Positions 34,451-48,041 of a stretch of DNA of 64,000 nt are shown one piece after another. Position 1 is the stretch's first letter, and every line of letters begins with the position of its first letter. The notes beneath the pieces are model-generated. The model worked only from the letters and a program-made list of their open reading frames with translations. It did no database searches and was not told the origin of the DNA. The DNA is from Squalus acanthias (Eukaryota): positions 123,010,001 through 123,074,000 of the forward strand of contig CM059431.1 of NCBI GenBank assembly GCA_030390025.1. Direction: 5' to 3'. Both the position numbers and the translations under genes were made by a program.

Positions 34451-35974
34451 ATGTGCGTAATCTCACCCACCGCACCAAGCAGAGTGCACATTCCCCCCCC
34501 CCTCAAATGTGCAGAGGTCACAAACATTAAAAAGATCCCCACCTCCACCCATCAGTGATAGTATTACACCCCCGCTAAGTAGTCATTTCAGATTCCAACG
34601 TCCTCAAAACAGCTAAAAATGTGATGCCAAAAGTGCACCATAATGACAAATCGTCAACAATGAAAGAGATGTGTAAACTGTAGCCTTTTCTCTAAACCAA
34701 AGTATGAAACTGGAAGACCTTGGGCAAAAATGGCAAACGGCGAAACCACTGAACCTTCTTCCTGATTCACTGAGCAGAGATTTTGACTCTCTACACCCAT
34801 ATTGTGCCCCACCTTTGAGCAAAAATCTTTGCTCCTCCCCCATAGCCAGCCCCTCACTGAGCTGAAATCAAGCCACCCCACCACTAAGTAGAAATCAGTA
34901 CACAAATCACTCCCCCCCGAGAAAGATATCCAACTGCTACCTCCCAACCTGGTCACTTAGCTCGAGCAAACCTCCCACCCCACCCCCACACTGAAGGCAA
35001 TTTGGGCCTTCCCATTTCTCTAAGAACTAATCCACACCCCCTGCTGAGCTGAAGCTTGCCCACCCGTTCCTGCCCCCCACCCCTCCCCACCCCGCCACCC
35101 CCGATTCCCCACTTGGAAAAAATGTGGGCTTATTTCTGCCTCCGTGACCAGTAATTTCATCCCCCCACCCAATGAGAAGCAAATATCCCCCCACCCGCTG
35201 AGAAACAGCTCATTCACCTTCGTGCCCCTGGCCTAGCATAAACTCAGAACCATCCCCTATCATGAGTCGATGGGATGAAAAGGTCGCTCCCCTTCCCCAC
35301 GCAGATGAAATTGGGCCCTAGGCCAGTGCAGCACCACCCTCCCACTGAGAGGAAAACCACACACAACAACCAGAACAACAACTCAGATTTATATAGCGCA
35401 TTTAACGTAGCAAAACATTCCAAGGCGCTTAACAAGAGTGATTATCAATCAAAACATTTTTGACACCAAGCCACAGAAGGAGATATCAGGACAGGTGACC
35501 AAAAGCTTGGTCAAAGAGATAGGTTTGAAGGAGCGTCTTAAAGGAGAAGAGAGAGATAGAGAGGCAGGAGGTTTAGGGACATACCACTTCATTGCTTTCT
35601 GTTGCTCCCTCTCCTCCATCCCCTTCTCCTGCCCTGTGATCCTTCTTCCCTAATTCCCCTCCCCATGCAACTCCCCCATCCCTCTATCCTCTTCCTGTCC
35701 CCTCTCTCCCTATGCCTCCAATCTATCTCCTGCTCCCTCCCTGACTGCTCCCCCACCTGGATCGAGTAATCATGCCATTTTCTAACCCACTTGACCTCAA
35801 TATTGAACTTAGTCTTGACTCCCAGTATTCAGCAATACAGGAGAATGGTTATTATTCATAAAAGGAGACTGTGAAATTCCTGGTTCATTCCATTCAGTTA
35901 GAAGTCATTCATATTTCATGTTTCTATCTATTTAGTAAAATTATTGTATTTTAAAAGGCTGGGACTTCTTTCTC

Positions 35975-36380
35975 TAGGAAAGAGAAGGCTGAGGGGTCTT
36001 GCTAGAGGTCTTTAAGATTAAGATTATGAAAGTGTTTGATAGGATAAATGTCGAGAAAATGTTTCCACTTATGGGGAGCCAAAAACTAGGGGCCATAAAT
36101 ATAAGATAATCAACTTTTAATCCAATAGGGAATTCAGGAGGAACTTCTTTACCCAAGAGAGTGGTTCGAATGACAAACTCACTGCCACAACTAATAGTTG
36201 AGTTGAATAGCATAGATGCATTTAAGGGAAAGCGAGATAAAAACACGAGGGAAAAAGGAATAGATGGATCTGTTGATAGAGTTAGATGAAGAGGAGTGGG
36301 AGGAGGTTTGTGTGGAGCATAAACACCAGCATGGACAAGTTTGGCCAAATAACCTGTTTCTTTGCTGTAAATTCTATGTA
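35975..36380 (+). mobile_element. Old CR1 LINE 3' fragment
   Basis: RRLRG.L.EVFK-like coding start, AGGAACTTCTTTACCCAAGAGAGTGG, 3'UTR ending TGTAAATTCTATGTAA. Confidence 0.75.
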
Positions 36381-37704
36381 ATGTTGTCTTTATCAGTTAC
36401 AATAAATGTGTACTTGTGAAATATTTCACAATGTAAAGTGTTAGTGTCCCATAATATGTTAACATGAAAGTACAACTATATTATAACAAAATAAATAAAA
36501 TTGTACTCTATATAATGTACAGCCTCCATCAAATAATATTTATTGTAAATTATCCAAGTTAAATGGAGTAGAAACGTGAGCACACCCCTGTTTGGGCACG
36601 CAGGAGGTGCAGGGGATAATTCGTTCACTTGAATGGTGCGGCCTGCGGAGCCACCGATATTGAGTCTTGGGCTTTTCATCAAGCCGGCGTGACGATAACA
36701 GCTAGCTGGTGAAGAGTCGATGAAAATTGGGCCGCTACTAGCATCACAGTGGCCCTCAGGTAAGTGAAGGTCAGGGGGGATGAGAAACGGAAGCCAGGGG
36801 TGGCGAAACGGAGACTGGGGAGGGAAATCGGAGATCGTGGAGGGAGATCGGAGGACGGGGCAATCGAAGGCTGGAGAGGTCGGGGGAAGTGGGAATCGGG
36901 GAGTGGAGGCGACCCACGTTATTTCAATGTGGGGTCGTGGGGAGCACTCCCACTCCTCTCGGCTCCACATTCAGGTCAGTATTCTTCAAAAACTTACCTG
37001 TTGGTAACAAGCATTCCAAGGCCTGTTTATTTGAGTGCTGCCGGGCAAACCAGTCTTGCATTGGGGGCCTAAAAGAGACTTTAGGCCCCTTATTTGCTTC
37101 ATTTCCGCCATACTGGGGGCTTAGTAGGCCAGTTAACACCCAAAAACCGGACGCTGTGCAGACAATTTCATAGGTCAATAGTTCATTCACCTTTTATTCC
37201 TTTTTTCAGCCTGACTAAACCAATAATGCAAAACAGAAAGCAACATTTGAACTTCACTGCTAGGCGGTAACCTGGTGGAGCGGATAGCCCACCCGTTGTA
37301 GCACCTGTCTGATTTCCATCCCATTGATTTGAAAATTACTCCCAGTATGCCAGAAAATTAAATCTGCAGGCAATAGTGACCACTATGTGCCTGTCTGCTG
37401 TAATCCAATAGTTAGTTTACCCTTTGTATATAAACAGTGAGAGTAGCAACATGAGAGTAGCTCGTTAAAGCTGCAGCTGGCTTTATTGTTAGCAGAGAAG
37501 CTCCAACTGGAGCTCAACTTGCCATATTAATCCAAACGTTCCACTCAGAATTCACCCAACCTTACACAGTGGGGAAGATTTCCTCTGTTGCTATACATAA
37601 TGACATTGTAAAACCATTTATAAAGAACGCATTTACAATTTCACTATACCGGTCACACAGTAATGTTTCCCATTCTTCCTTCTGTTTGGGTCATTGCTTG
37701 CAAT

Positions 37705-39348
37705 TCATAGAATCATACAGCACAGAAGGAGGTTATTCAGCCCTTCGTGCCTGTGCCGGCTCTTTGAAAGAGCTGTCCAATTAGTCCCACTCCCCTGTTC
37801 TTTCCCAATAGGCCCTGCAGATCTATCCCTTTCAAGTAGATATCCAATTTCCTTTTGAAAGTTACTATTGAATCTGCTTCCTCCACCCTTTCAGGCAGCG
37901 CATTCCAGATCATAACAACTCGCTGCATAAGAAAAAAATCTCCTCATCCCCCCTCTGGTTCTTTTGCCAATTATCTTAAATTTGTGTCCTCTGGTTACTG
38001 GCCCTCCTGCCAGTGGAAACAGTTTCTCCTTATTTAATGTATCAAAACCCCTCTTAACTTTGAGCAGCTCTGTTAAATCTCCCCATAAACTTCTCTTTCT
38101 ACGGAGAACAATCCCAGCTTCTCTAGCCTCTCCACATAACTGAAGTTCCTCATTCCTGGTATCTCCTCTGCACCCTCTCCTTGACATCCTTCCTAAAGAG
38201 GTGCCGAGAATTGGAGACAATGGCTGGAATTTGAATCTGGAGGTTGGTCAGGAGCCGGGTGGTTTTGGGGGGGGGGTGGTGTGCTAGAAAGTGGTCGGAC
38301 AACAAGGGAAAACAGCTTTCCCGCAGGCCCTGCCAAATTTAACGGCAGGGCCCAATTAACGTTTGAAAGCTCTGTTTCCCGCCCGCAGCCAGTCAGCCTC
38401 TCCATCTGATGGGCCTGTGGCAATAGGCCACGGAAAGTAGGGAGGGAGGGATTGGGATGGTGAGGTGCAGTGGTCGGGGCCAGAGGAGCATCAGGGGGAG
38501 GGGGTGGAGGGGGAGAGGTCAGGAGCCAGAGGACGATGGGGGGATGGAGGAGCATCGGGTCAGGTAGGGGGAGGTGGTCAGGAGTCAGAGGACAATTGGG
38601 GGCCTGAGCAGCATCGAGGGTGAGCGGGGGGTCGGGAGCAGGAGAATGATCGGGGGCCGGAGGAGCATCTGGGGATGGTGAACGGGAGCCGGAGGGGTGA
38701 GGCCGGAGGAGCATTGTGGGAGACCGGAAAGGCGGACGGAGGCCTTGTGGGCGGGGATCGGAGGCCTCGTGGGAGGGGGAGGTCAGGGGAGAGGGGGGAG
38801 ATTGAAGATCTCATTGAGAGGGGAATCAGAGGCATGGTGGGGCAGGGGAGAAATCATTATTATATTTAAATGGGCGACCCACCTCCTGGGAACGGGTTGG
38901 CTGCCTGCCACCCGTCCCATCTCCATTAAAACCAGAAGTGGGCGGGTTGGAGGTGGTTTGGGGTCAGGGTTCAGTTTTTTAACTCTTCAACCTCCCACCC
39001 AACCCCAACCTATGCCTTTTCTGGGGTTAAAATTCCCCCCAAAACTCCAGCTGATGTATAAAGGTTTAGCATAACTTCCTTGCTTTTGTACTCTATGCCT
39101 CTATTTATAAAGTCAACGGACCAGTATGTTTTTTTAACAGCCTTATCAACTTGTCCTGCCACCTTCAAAGATTTGTGTATGTGAACCCCCAGGTTTCTCC
39201 ATTCCTGAACCCCCTTTAAAACTGTACCATTTAGTTCATATTGCCTCTCCTCATTCTTCCTACCAAAATGCATCACTTCACACGTCTCTGCATTAAATTC
39301 CATCTGACATATATCTGCCCATTTTACCAGTCTGTCTATGTCCTCCTG
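37705..39348 (-). mobile_element. CR1 LINE 3' fragment split by a GC-rich MITE
   Basis: ORFs 37737..37928 and 39010..39303 (RVVMIWNALP, FNAETCEVMHFGRKN, FINRGIEYKSKEV). Confidence 0.85.
38222..39040. mobile_element. G-rich non-autonomous DNA transposon (Harbinger-type ends) nested in CR1
   Basis: Ends GGCTGGAATTT / AAATTCCCCCC; CR1 host rejoins across it; internal degenerate GGAGCATCGGGG repeats. Confidence 0.7.
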
Positions 39349-40069
39349 TATGGAGAATTCTATCTTTGTCCGGAGAATTAACTACCCATCACCTGTTGAT
39401 CTGGAGTTATTGGAACATATATAAGTCTATGGGAAATCTGTAACGTGCCTGTTAATATTGTAGTACAGATATGCAAGCCTTTCTGAACTCCAAGTGCCAG
39501 CGTCAAAGTTGTGCGACATCCATCCTGATTCCAGTTATCTCAGGCTATATCCTATTTTCATGTCACTGATCAGAATTCACACCTCTTTTAAAATGAAACA
39601 TTTAAAATTAATCATAAAAACCCTAATATAGTTTGTTTCCTGCATTTTCTATTTATTGTAAGTAATTTTGTTTGGCTGATGTGTACTATGTTAGGGAGTT
39701 ACTTAACATAATAATTTTGAGGGATCTGCAGTAACATCAACACTTACAGTCATGCTTCAATAAGGTTGTAAATTATTACTATTTCAATTATACATATGAA
39801 TTGTTGCAATTCAACATCTTTAGGTTAAAGAGCTAAAGGGTCATGTTTCAAAGTACATCTTATAATGTACAAGTATGCTGAGTATGGTGGCATCTATAAT
39901 GCACAAAGAAGTTGATTGGAGGGATAATTGTATGACTCCACTGTGTCAGACAGGAAGCCTCAACCACTGGGACTGCATATCATAAATTTGGGCACATGTG
40001 GTCTTTTAAACTGGTCAAAAATTCGTGGACAGTGCGAACACAAATACAATCTGCCATGCAACACATAAC

Positions 40070-40832
40070 GGGCCAAAAATTCGGCCCTTCCCGGGTGAGT
40101 ACACACTTCTACTCACCCGTAAGGCATCCTGAAGTGCCGGTTTCCTGCATGCACTGCGCATGCGCGGGAAACCGGAACTTCCGGTCTGGTGAAGGGAGCG
40201 GTTCAGAGGTGAACCGCGTGCGCGGTAGAGGCTGCGCGCACGCAGCAAACTTAGGTTTTTTTTCAGGTTTCTCTGGGAGGGTAAGTATTGAAGAACCTGC
40301 GCTTTTAAAAAGGAGGCGCAGGACCCGTTTTCAACAAGGTAAGTGGTTAATTAATTATAATTTTAAAAAAATTTCAACAGATTTATCTTTTTTAGATACT
40401 TTAAAGAAAGGTAAGTTTATTTTTAGCACTGTTAAAAAGTATTTAAATTTTTTCAAAAATTTAAATTTTTGTTTAAAGTAGTTAATTTATTTAACTTATA
40501 GTTATTTTAAAAATGTGATGTTTTTTTTTAATTTATTTGAAGTTTAGGTGTTGTTTTGGGGCTGATGTCAATTCATAGATTTGACAGGTCTTCCTGTCAA
40601 ATCTATGAATGAAAGATGGTCTGCTGCCATTGGCTCTCCATGGCCCACGTGATCCCAGGGGACGCATCGCACTAACTACGTCCCTGGGACACGCAAGCAC
40701 TGCGCGCCGGCAGTTGGAGCAGGCCCAGGAGCCGAAGTCCCCGTGGGCCCAGAGGTCAACGGCAGGCACGGTAGGTAGGTGCGCGCGGGATCCTTGCACC
40801 CGCGGGAAGCCAGGGAGCCTAATTTCTGGGCC
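40070..40832 (+). mobile_element. Family A element, full length
   Basis: TIRs GGGCCAAAAATT / AATTTCTGGGCC; flanks AAC/ATC; near-identical to 23579-24342. Confidence 0.92.
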
Positions 40833-41149
40833 ATCATTAGCCCAGAATGTATATTTACCTTTCTAGACCATGGATTTAACTGTCATCCAGAATAATGGCA
40901 TTAAAGTGTTCTCTCTCTGCTAGTGATTAGGGTCTTGTGCCCATATTAACTTAGACAGTAAGAACACAGGGCCCGAAATTCCTGGGGTGGGAGGGGAGAT
41001 AAGCAGATCACTCACAGCAGGCTGCAAATTGGGGCAGAACCTGGGTCCGCCAGGCTTCCATTCCATCTTGCCGCACATTCCTAACAATTTCAGACCCTCA
41101 GTTTTTAGTGGGAGCAGGCACATATTAAAGTCACAATTTCAGAGATTTT

Positions 41150-42914
41150 CTGGGGGTCAGCGGGCATGATCGGTGGCGGATCGAGTGGGAAAGAGTTTTT
41201 TTTCCCCAGCGGGTCATGACCCCACTGTGACCCCGCCACCACGCGCTTTTCCCAATGTCGGGTCTGTCAGCGCTGAGCAGACCTGACACGCAGCGGCGGG
41301 GGACCCAATTCAGGTAATTATGACCTTGTTTAGAGATCATTAAAAATACGTTTGAGCTCAACTTTTGATTTTAATGCTCGCCCGCGGGGTCCACATTGGT
41401 CAAGGGCTACATCTGTCAAGCTGAGGCGGGAGGTCAGTGGCCATTGAATCAGCTGTTGAGTTGACAGCTTCAAATGTACAGTAAAGGCTCCCACCTTACA
41501 GAGATATCTTCTCTCAGCCACAAGCTCTTCCTCACTTCATTTCCACAACAGATTCACCATGCTGCAAGTCTTTACACAAGTCTCCATCCAGTCTGACCCC
41601 ATTACCTTTCTCACCATTGACAGATCACTTCTGTCATCTCTACTTCACCTGGCTTCTATTCCATCAGCATGGGTGCCATTTGTATTCTGTCACCTTGGTC
41701 CTCAGAATCCCAACATGATAAGCTCCAACAGCAGCAGCACCAGGCACACCAGCAGCACCAACAACAACACCACCACCAACCTTCTCCACAATCACCTGAT
41801 GCTGCACAGGACAGAGGGCATCAGTACCTGACCACATTGCTGCCCGGGAGGCCAGGAATGGCCTCAGCATGGCCAGATTTACTTCACTTGATGCTGTACA
41901 CCCTGGATGCCACATGATGCACCAGGTTGGCATCACCCCTTATCAAGACCATAAAGCATCCCTACAATGTCCAAGCCATTCCTTTCACACTTATCACCAT
42001 TGTGGGGGGTACCGTTATGTCTCACCATTCACTGCAACTAACTAAGCCACTTCCAAAGGTGCACATAATTCTGTCCAAGAACGCAAAGTGTTGAAAATAA
42101 AGGTTTCAATGTTTGACAGCACATTAACAGAAACTTTACATGAACATTGCATAAAACACTCAAGTGTCTACCCTTGTGTGTTGTTCGTTGGTATGATTGG
42201 ACTAGGATGAGGGTGAGTGTGAGGGGTGGCTAGTGAGATGGGGATGTGAAAATGTAGATAGAGAGTGATGGGTGGAGGTGCAAGGTAAGTTGGTGTGAGA
42301 AGGATATGCAGGCGTAGGGTAGGGAAGGCAGAGTGATGGGGATGTGATGAGAGGCACAGCAGGATGAGGTTGAGTGTGGCTTTGCACTAACGTTTCATGA
42401 TCTACTGAGATCTTTGAAAGGTTTGTGCCACTGCAGCCTGGTCCTCCTGATGACATCCCTGCTTGTGCCCTCCTGTGCAATGTGCAACCAAACTGTTTTG
42501 ATCTTCCGGGGAGGTCTCTTTCACCCATGGGAAGGGAAGAGGACCTCCCTGCGTGCTGTGACTCCCTCCATAAGCATATGGAGGGAGTCATGGGAGAGCC
42601 TGGGTGCAGCCCTGTGACTTTGTGCAGTCATTGTCAGTGTTCTGCAGCACCTCAGTGCTGTAGAACACTGACAGCACAAATGTCAAAATAAAGTTGGCCA
42701 TGGTCCCTTTAAGGAAACCGGCTGATGACGCGTCATCAAATGACATCACCAGACCCGCTTCCTCTAATTGGCCAGGAAACACGCTGGGTGGGCTTAACAA
42801 GCCCAATCAAGGGAAAGGCATTTCACAGAGCGGGATGGAGCCAGCAGCGGGGTCAGGACCCGCCACAAACTTCACCCCGCCATGGACCTGCCGAGATTAG
42901 TAAAATCCCGGCCA
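41150..42914. mobile_element. Non-autonomous Harbinger family B long form, second copy
   Basis: Colinear with ~17060-18784; right end TAAAATCCCGGCC; Myb exon carries an in-frame TGA; left boundary uncertain. Confidence 0.85.
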
Positions 42915-43581
42915 GAGATTTTGGATGGTTACTAAGGGGAATTAAAAATAACATTTAAAAAACTGATTCAGGAGTATGTAATTTTCCCAGATTATGGCAC
43001 ATTGTTGGGGGAAGTAAAAATAATTTCCATCGGTTCAAATCCTTGTGAAATAGAAACCACTCTTGCAGATATTGCAGTGCTATACTGCTGTAAGGCCATT
43101 CAGCCTCCGAGCCACGAAAATATAATTCTCCCGATGGAATGGGAGCGAACAAAGCCTGGAAGTCCTTTCAATGTCATTGCTCTGATATATTAATCTTTTG
43201 GAAGTTCTGCATTGTTTGAGCTGACCATGCAATGTATTAGATGGGAGAGCTTGATACTTGCATAGAATTGCCAAAATGTGAAAGTATTCAATTCCCTAGC
43301 ACTTACATGCCTCACTTAGTTGAGCAAAAAGAGTAATATTTGCAATACAGAGTATATATACATAGTAGCTAATGATCATAATTAGTTTTCTAAGTATACC
43401 TACATAAATAACTGAATAAATACATCTACAAACTGGTGCCATTGAATAAATAACTGAAGCTTTTGCAAAATAAAAACTTGTTAGCAATATACTAGATTAT
43501 TTCTCATACTCTACGTTGAATCCAAAAGTCATTCACCCATTGGCCCCTAAACATGAAATTCCATCTATGCTGTAAGATATA

Positions 43582-44314
43582 GGGTCAGAAATTCGGGTCT
43601 CCACGGGTGAGTACGCGGTGTGTACTCACCCGTAGACCCAACAAAAGTGCTGGAAACCGGAACTTCCGTTCCCCTGAAGGAAGGGGTTCAGAGGTTGATC
43701 GCGTGCGCCGGAGAGCCAGCGCGCATGCAGCGAACTTCGGTTATTTTTCAGGTTTCTCCGTGAGGGTAAGTACGGAGAAGCTGCGCGGGGAAAAAGGAGG
43801 CGCAAGGCCTGCTTTTAACAAGGTAAGTGGTGAATTAAGTACAATTTAAACATTTTTTCAACAGGTTTATCTTTTTTACATACTTTAAAGAAAGGTAAGT
43901 TTATTTTTAGCACCATTAAAAAGTGTAATTAATTTTTCAAAAATTTAAATTTTTGTTTAAAGTAGTTAATTTATGTAATTTATAGTTATTTTAAAAATGT
44001 GATTTTTTTTTTATTTATTTGAAGTTTTAGTGAGGTTTTGGGGCCGATCTCTATTCATAGATTTGACAGGTCTTCCTGTCAAAATCTATGAATGAAGATT
44101 CCCTGCTCCGATTGGCTCTCCATGGCCCATGTGATCCCAGGGGACGCTTCCAACTAACTGCGCCCCTGGGATACGCAAGCACTGCGCGCCGGCAGCTGCA
44201 GGAGGCCCAGGAGCCGAATTCCACGTGGGCCCGAAGCACAACGGCAGGCGCGGTATGTAAGTAAGCGCACGATTCTTGCACCCACGGGAAGCCGGAGAGC
44301 AGAATTTCTGGCCC
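43582..44314 (+). mobile_element. Family A element, full length
   Basis: TIRs GGGTCAGAAATTC / GAATTTCTGGCCC; TSD ATA/ATA. Confidence 0.92.
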
Positions 44315-45266
44315 ATAGTTATAAATGACCAAAATGGAAGCTTGTCCTTAAATAGACCAGTTACTACAGCACCTGATTCCAGTAGCAGGATCTAAGGGTG
44401 AATTGCAATGCCCTCTGCCCGGGGCAGTTAAAAAGGAACGGGTTAATTACCAGCTCCGCTCTCGCTCCATGGGGATTTTTATGCTGCTGTTTTTGGAAGC
44501 AGATGAGACGTCCATCTGAATCAGTTGGGGTCCTCACACATGTATGTAAATCAGGGTCCTATTAGGTCAAAAGGACCTCAATGGCCTTATAACCGCAATC
44601 TGAGTGCGGCGCTTGTCCCAGTCGCCCCGCTCAGTGAAAGCTGCACAAAAGGTTAAGTGTTAAGCTTTCGTTTGTGGGGCCAGGAGTAGCAGGACTGCTC
44701 TTCTGTGTCCCACAAGGAAAATCTTGGCCTCTGCCGCCTCGGGCTCCCTGCATCCCCCCAACCTCCCTGCTGAAATGTCCTTCCTGCCACTTACCTTGCA
44801 GGCGGCAGGCAGCCTCCAGGCGATGCTATTTTAACCAGCTGGATGCTGGCCAGCCACCTCTTTTGGCCCGATTTGGGCAGTCAGCTGGTCGGCGAGATGT
44901 AAATGAGGCCTAGGAGCCTTAATTGATGCTGTCAGGTTGTTTGACACTCGGCCAGCCCAACTAAAACATGCTCTCAGTTAAAATCCCCCCTATGTATCTA
45001 CTAATGCTGAGAAAAATGGCTGCTACTCTTTCCCATGTTGGGCTCCTGTGTCTCCTCCAGTCCTATAACCCTCCGAGATCTCTGCACTCCTCCAATTCTG
45101 GCTTCTTGCACATCCTCTATTTACAGGCCTATGTCCATTGTTTTATGATTTATACTCTATCAGACACTAAGGGGTTCAATTTGTACAAGTAACATACTGC
45201 TTACAGTCCTTGCATTAAAAAATTGTCTGCACCATTTCAATACAATTGTTATCCCATTGAAATAAA

Positions 45267-45693
45267 GGGGTAAGCTGTGGCTCAGTTGGTAGCACACTTG
45301 CCTTTGAGTCAGAAGGTTGGGGGTTCAAGTCCCACTCCAGGGACTTCTAACACATAAAGTTAGGCTGACACTCCAGTGGAGTGCTGCACTGTTGGAGGTA
45401 CTGTCTTTTGGATGAGATGTTAAACCGAGGCCCTGTCTGCTCTCTCAGGTGGATGTAAAAGATCCCATGTCATTATTTCAAAGAAGAGCAGGGGAGTTAT
45501 CCCCGGTGTCCTGGTCAATATTTATTCCTCAACCAACATAACAAAAACAGATTATCTGGTCATTATCACATTGCTGTTTGTGGGACCTTGCTGTGTGCTG
45601 CTGCATTTCCCACATTACAACACTCCACTTCAAAAAGCACTTTGAGATGTCTGGTGGTTCATGAAAGGCACTTTATGAATGCAAGTCTTTCTT
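45267..45693 (+). mobile_element. Deu-domain tRNA-derived SINE, full length
   Basis: A-box TGGCTCAGTTGG, B-box GGTTCAAGTCC, Deu domain (TTAAACCGAGGCCC..CAGGTGGATGTAAAAGATCCCA), tail GCAAGTCTTTCTTT. Confidence 0.9.
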
Positions 45694-45939
45694 TAATATG
45701 TTAAGTAGTGCAGCTTTTCTTTTGTATGAATGCGTTGTACTATGCTATACAAAAGGAAAATAAACTTCCACGTTTGCTTGAGAATCAGGTAGCTAAAGAT
45801 CAAACAAGTGTAAGGAGTCTATTTTGGAAAGTCATATAATTGCTGTAGTAATGTTTTGGACAGAAGAAAAACATTGCTTCTTATAGCTTTCTCTTCCAAA
45901 CCTCCGAACAGATTGCTTACTGTGATTCTGGAACTAATT

Positions 45940-46380
45940 GCCCTGTTTCCCTTTCCTGGTAGGAATCCATCTAGTCTTTTTTTTAAATGTCATGGTTTTC
46001 TATTCTACTAACCCTCCTGATAATCTGTTCTACAATTCTATCACTCTCTTAATAAAAATGATTCCTAAATTTCCTATTTTCCTCTGACATCTTTAATATT
46101 AATCTGTGTCTCATAGTCCACGAATCTTGTGCTGAATGGAAGAACTTTCCTGTATCTAAATTCTCCATACCCATGAAAATCATAAAGATGTTTCTCAAAT
46201 CTCCCTCTCATTGTCCTCTTCCCCAGAGAGTAAAGTCCTAGAGAGCACAATCTTTCCTCATAACTCTGCCCACTAAGTTCAGGAATTAGCTTCATAGCAT
46301 CTTCTGCACTCCTTTCCTGCAACTCAGAGATTAAAACTTAACGCAATACTCCAGCTAGGACTTCACCAAGTCAGATACAA
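45940..46380 (-). mobile_element. Old CR1 LINE 3' fragment
   Basis: ORF 46074..46322 (KLIPELSGQSYEERLCSLGLYSLGKRTMRG). Confidence 0.75.
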
Positions 46381-48041
46381 TTTGAAACTGTGCTACAAGT
46401 TTTCTATATAAAGGATCAGCTCTTTAAGCTGAGAAAAGTCATCAAGCTTTTTGAAGGAGTCTGATGTTTCTGATGTCTTCCCAAAAGGGTGCAGATAAAT
46501 CGATATTCTGAAATTATATAAAAATATGATTGATATCTTGAACCACAAAGCACTTACAAAGGGATCGAACATGCATTAATAGATGTAACAAGTAACTACA
46601 TATGTTACCCTTTCACGAAAGAATACAGAATTCACTGGTGAAAGGCCTTGAAGAAAATGTTGATAGCAAGTCTCTTAAGTGACTTGGCCAAGATTTCCTC
46701 TGTGTGCTGTGTGTAACAGAATCATAAAGCAGTTCTTTATAAATGGTTTTACTGATAGTGCACAGGGGGAAATTTTCTTTTTTTGAAACTATGACTTTTA
46801 CTTAAACATATACTTTTTCTTTTCTTTCTTTTTGGCTGGGATTATCTGAAGCAAATTGCAGATCCATTTGAAAATCAATTGAAAAAATAAATTTTACCAC
46901 CCCCTGTGAACTTCCCTCTCAGAATGTAATGTTATACAAAATATCGTCCCCTACTTTCTCCAGTAGCGTGATTTGATACTTTAGCTGAGTTATTATGCAG
47001 TTAGTTTGGTTCCTACAGAAAGAGAACGCTCCTACTCAAAATCGCATGAAGGCAACATATATCATCGCAAACAGATTTGGCAAGGTAACTGGGATTGACT
47101 TGACACAAAGAAGCAATTTTTAATTTAATTTCGAAAAATCGATAGCTATCTTATAAGTGAATCTAGTTTTCTGTTGTGACAAAAATGTACATTTAGTCTG
47201 TGCTGAATTTATTTGTATTGCTACAAACAGCATTTACAGCATTTAAGTGATTAACTCTTGAGGTCGCACAAGGGAATTTTCAAAGCCGTCAGCTCAGACT
47301 GGACAGTTTGGCTACAAAGTCCCCACAAAGTGCACGTTTCTATGACCAACACAATGAAAGGAGAGTGGAGGGAAGTGGGGGGGGTGAGCAAAATGTGAAC
47401 TGTTTCATATATCTGAGCCATTACATTGAATCACAAACATCTTTACCATTGTCAGAGATTGGCTATCCATTCAATATTAATGAAGGTCTGTTTGATCTAA
47501 CGTAATCGAGAGATGCAGCCATCCATTTCATTTTGCTTCTGTATACTTCAAAGGAGGTCAAATTATATTTCTGTGAGTAGACTGTTTACCTAGGAGGCCG
47601 TCGGCATTTCGTGTCTTTCAGCCAAACACTGCAAAGCTGCATGTTTTTAATGTTTTATGCTGGCCTGACAAGAAAGTTAGGCCAAATAGAGGCCGCAGTA
47701 AATAAACTTCTGTTTAAAGTCATTGGGGGCTAAATTGGATAGCCCAAGAAAACGGGCGCGGGATCGCGATCCGCAATTACCCTGCGCCTGTTCAGTGTAA
47801 TGCATGCAGCATGCCAACTTTATGCTGCATGCTCATTATAATGATTGCTGTGTGCAGCCAGCGCTAACCGTACTGATCATTGGCTGCACGCATCAGCAGG
47901 GGCCTAATATCATTACTTGCTAGCACTACTTAAAGCTAGCCTGCACTGCTTCAAGCTAGCCTGCACCTCTTAAAGGGAAGGTGCATTGTGGCTGCTGGAG
48001 GTGTTGAGATCATTCGGAATAGTGCTGTGCAACAAACAACA

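Noticed and set aside
45267..45345. tRNA-like sequence with A and B boxes
   Set aside because: It is the head of a Deu-domain SINE, not a stand-alone tRNA gene.
46400..46720. Possible coding exons in unique sequence
   Set aside because: Frames tried on both strands hit stops or lack paired splice sites; no recognisable protein.
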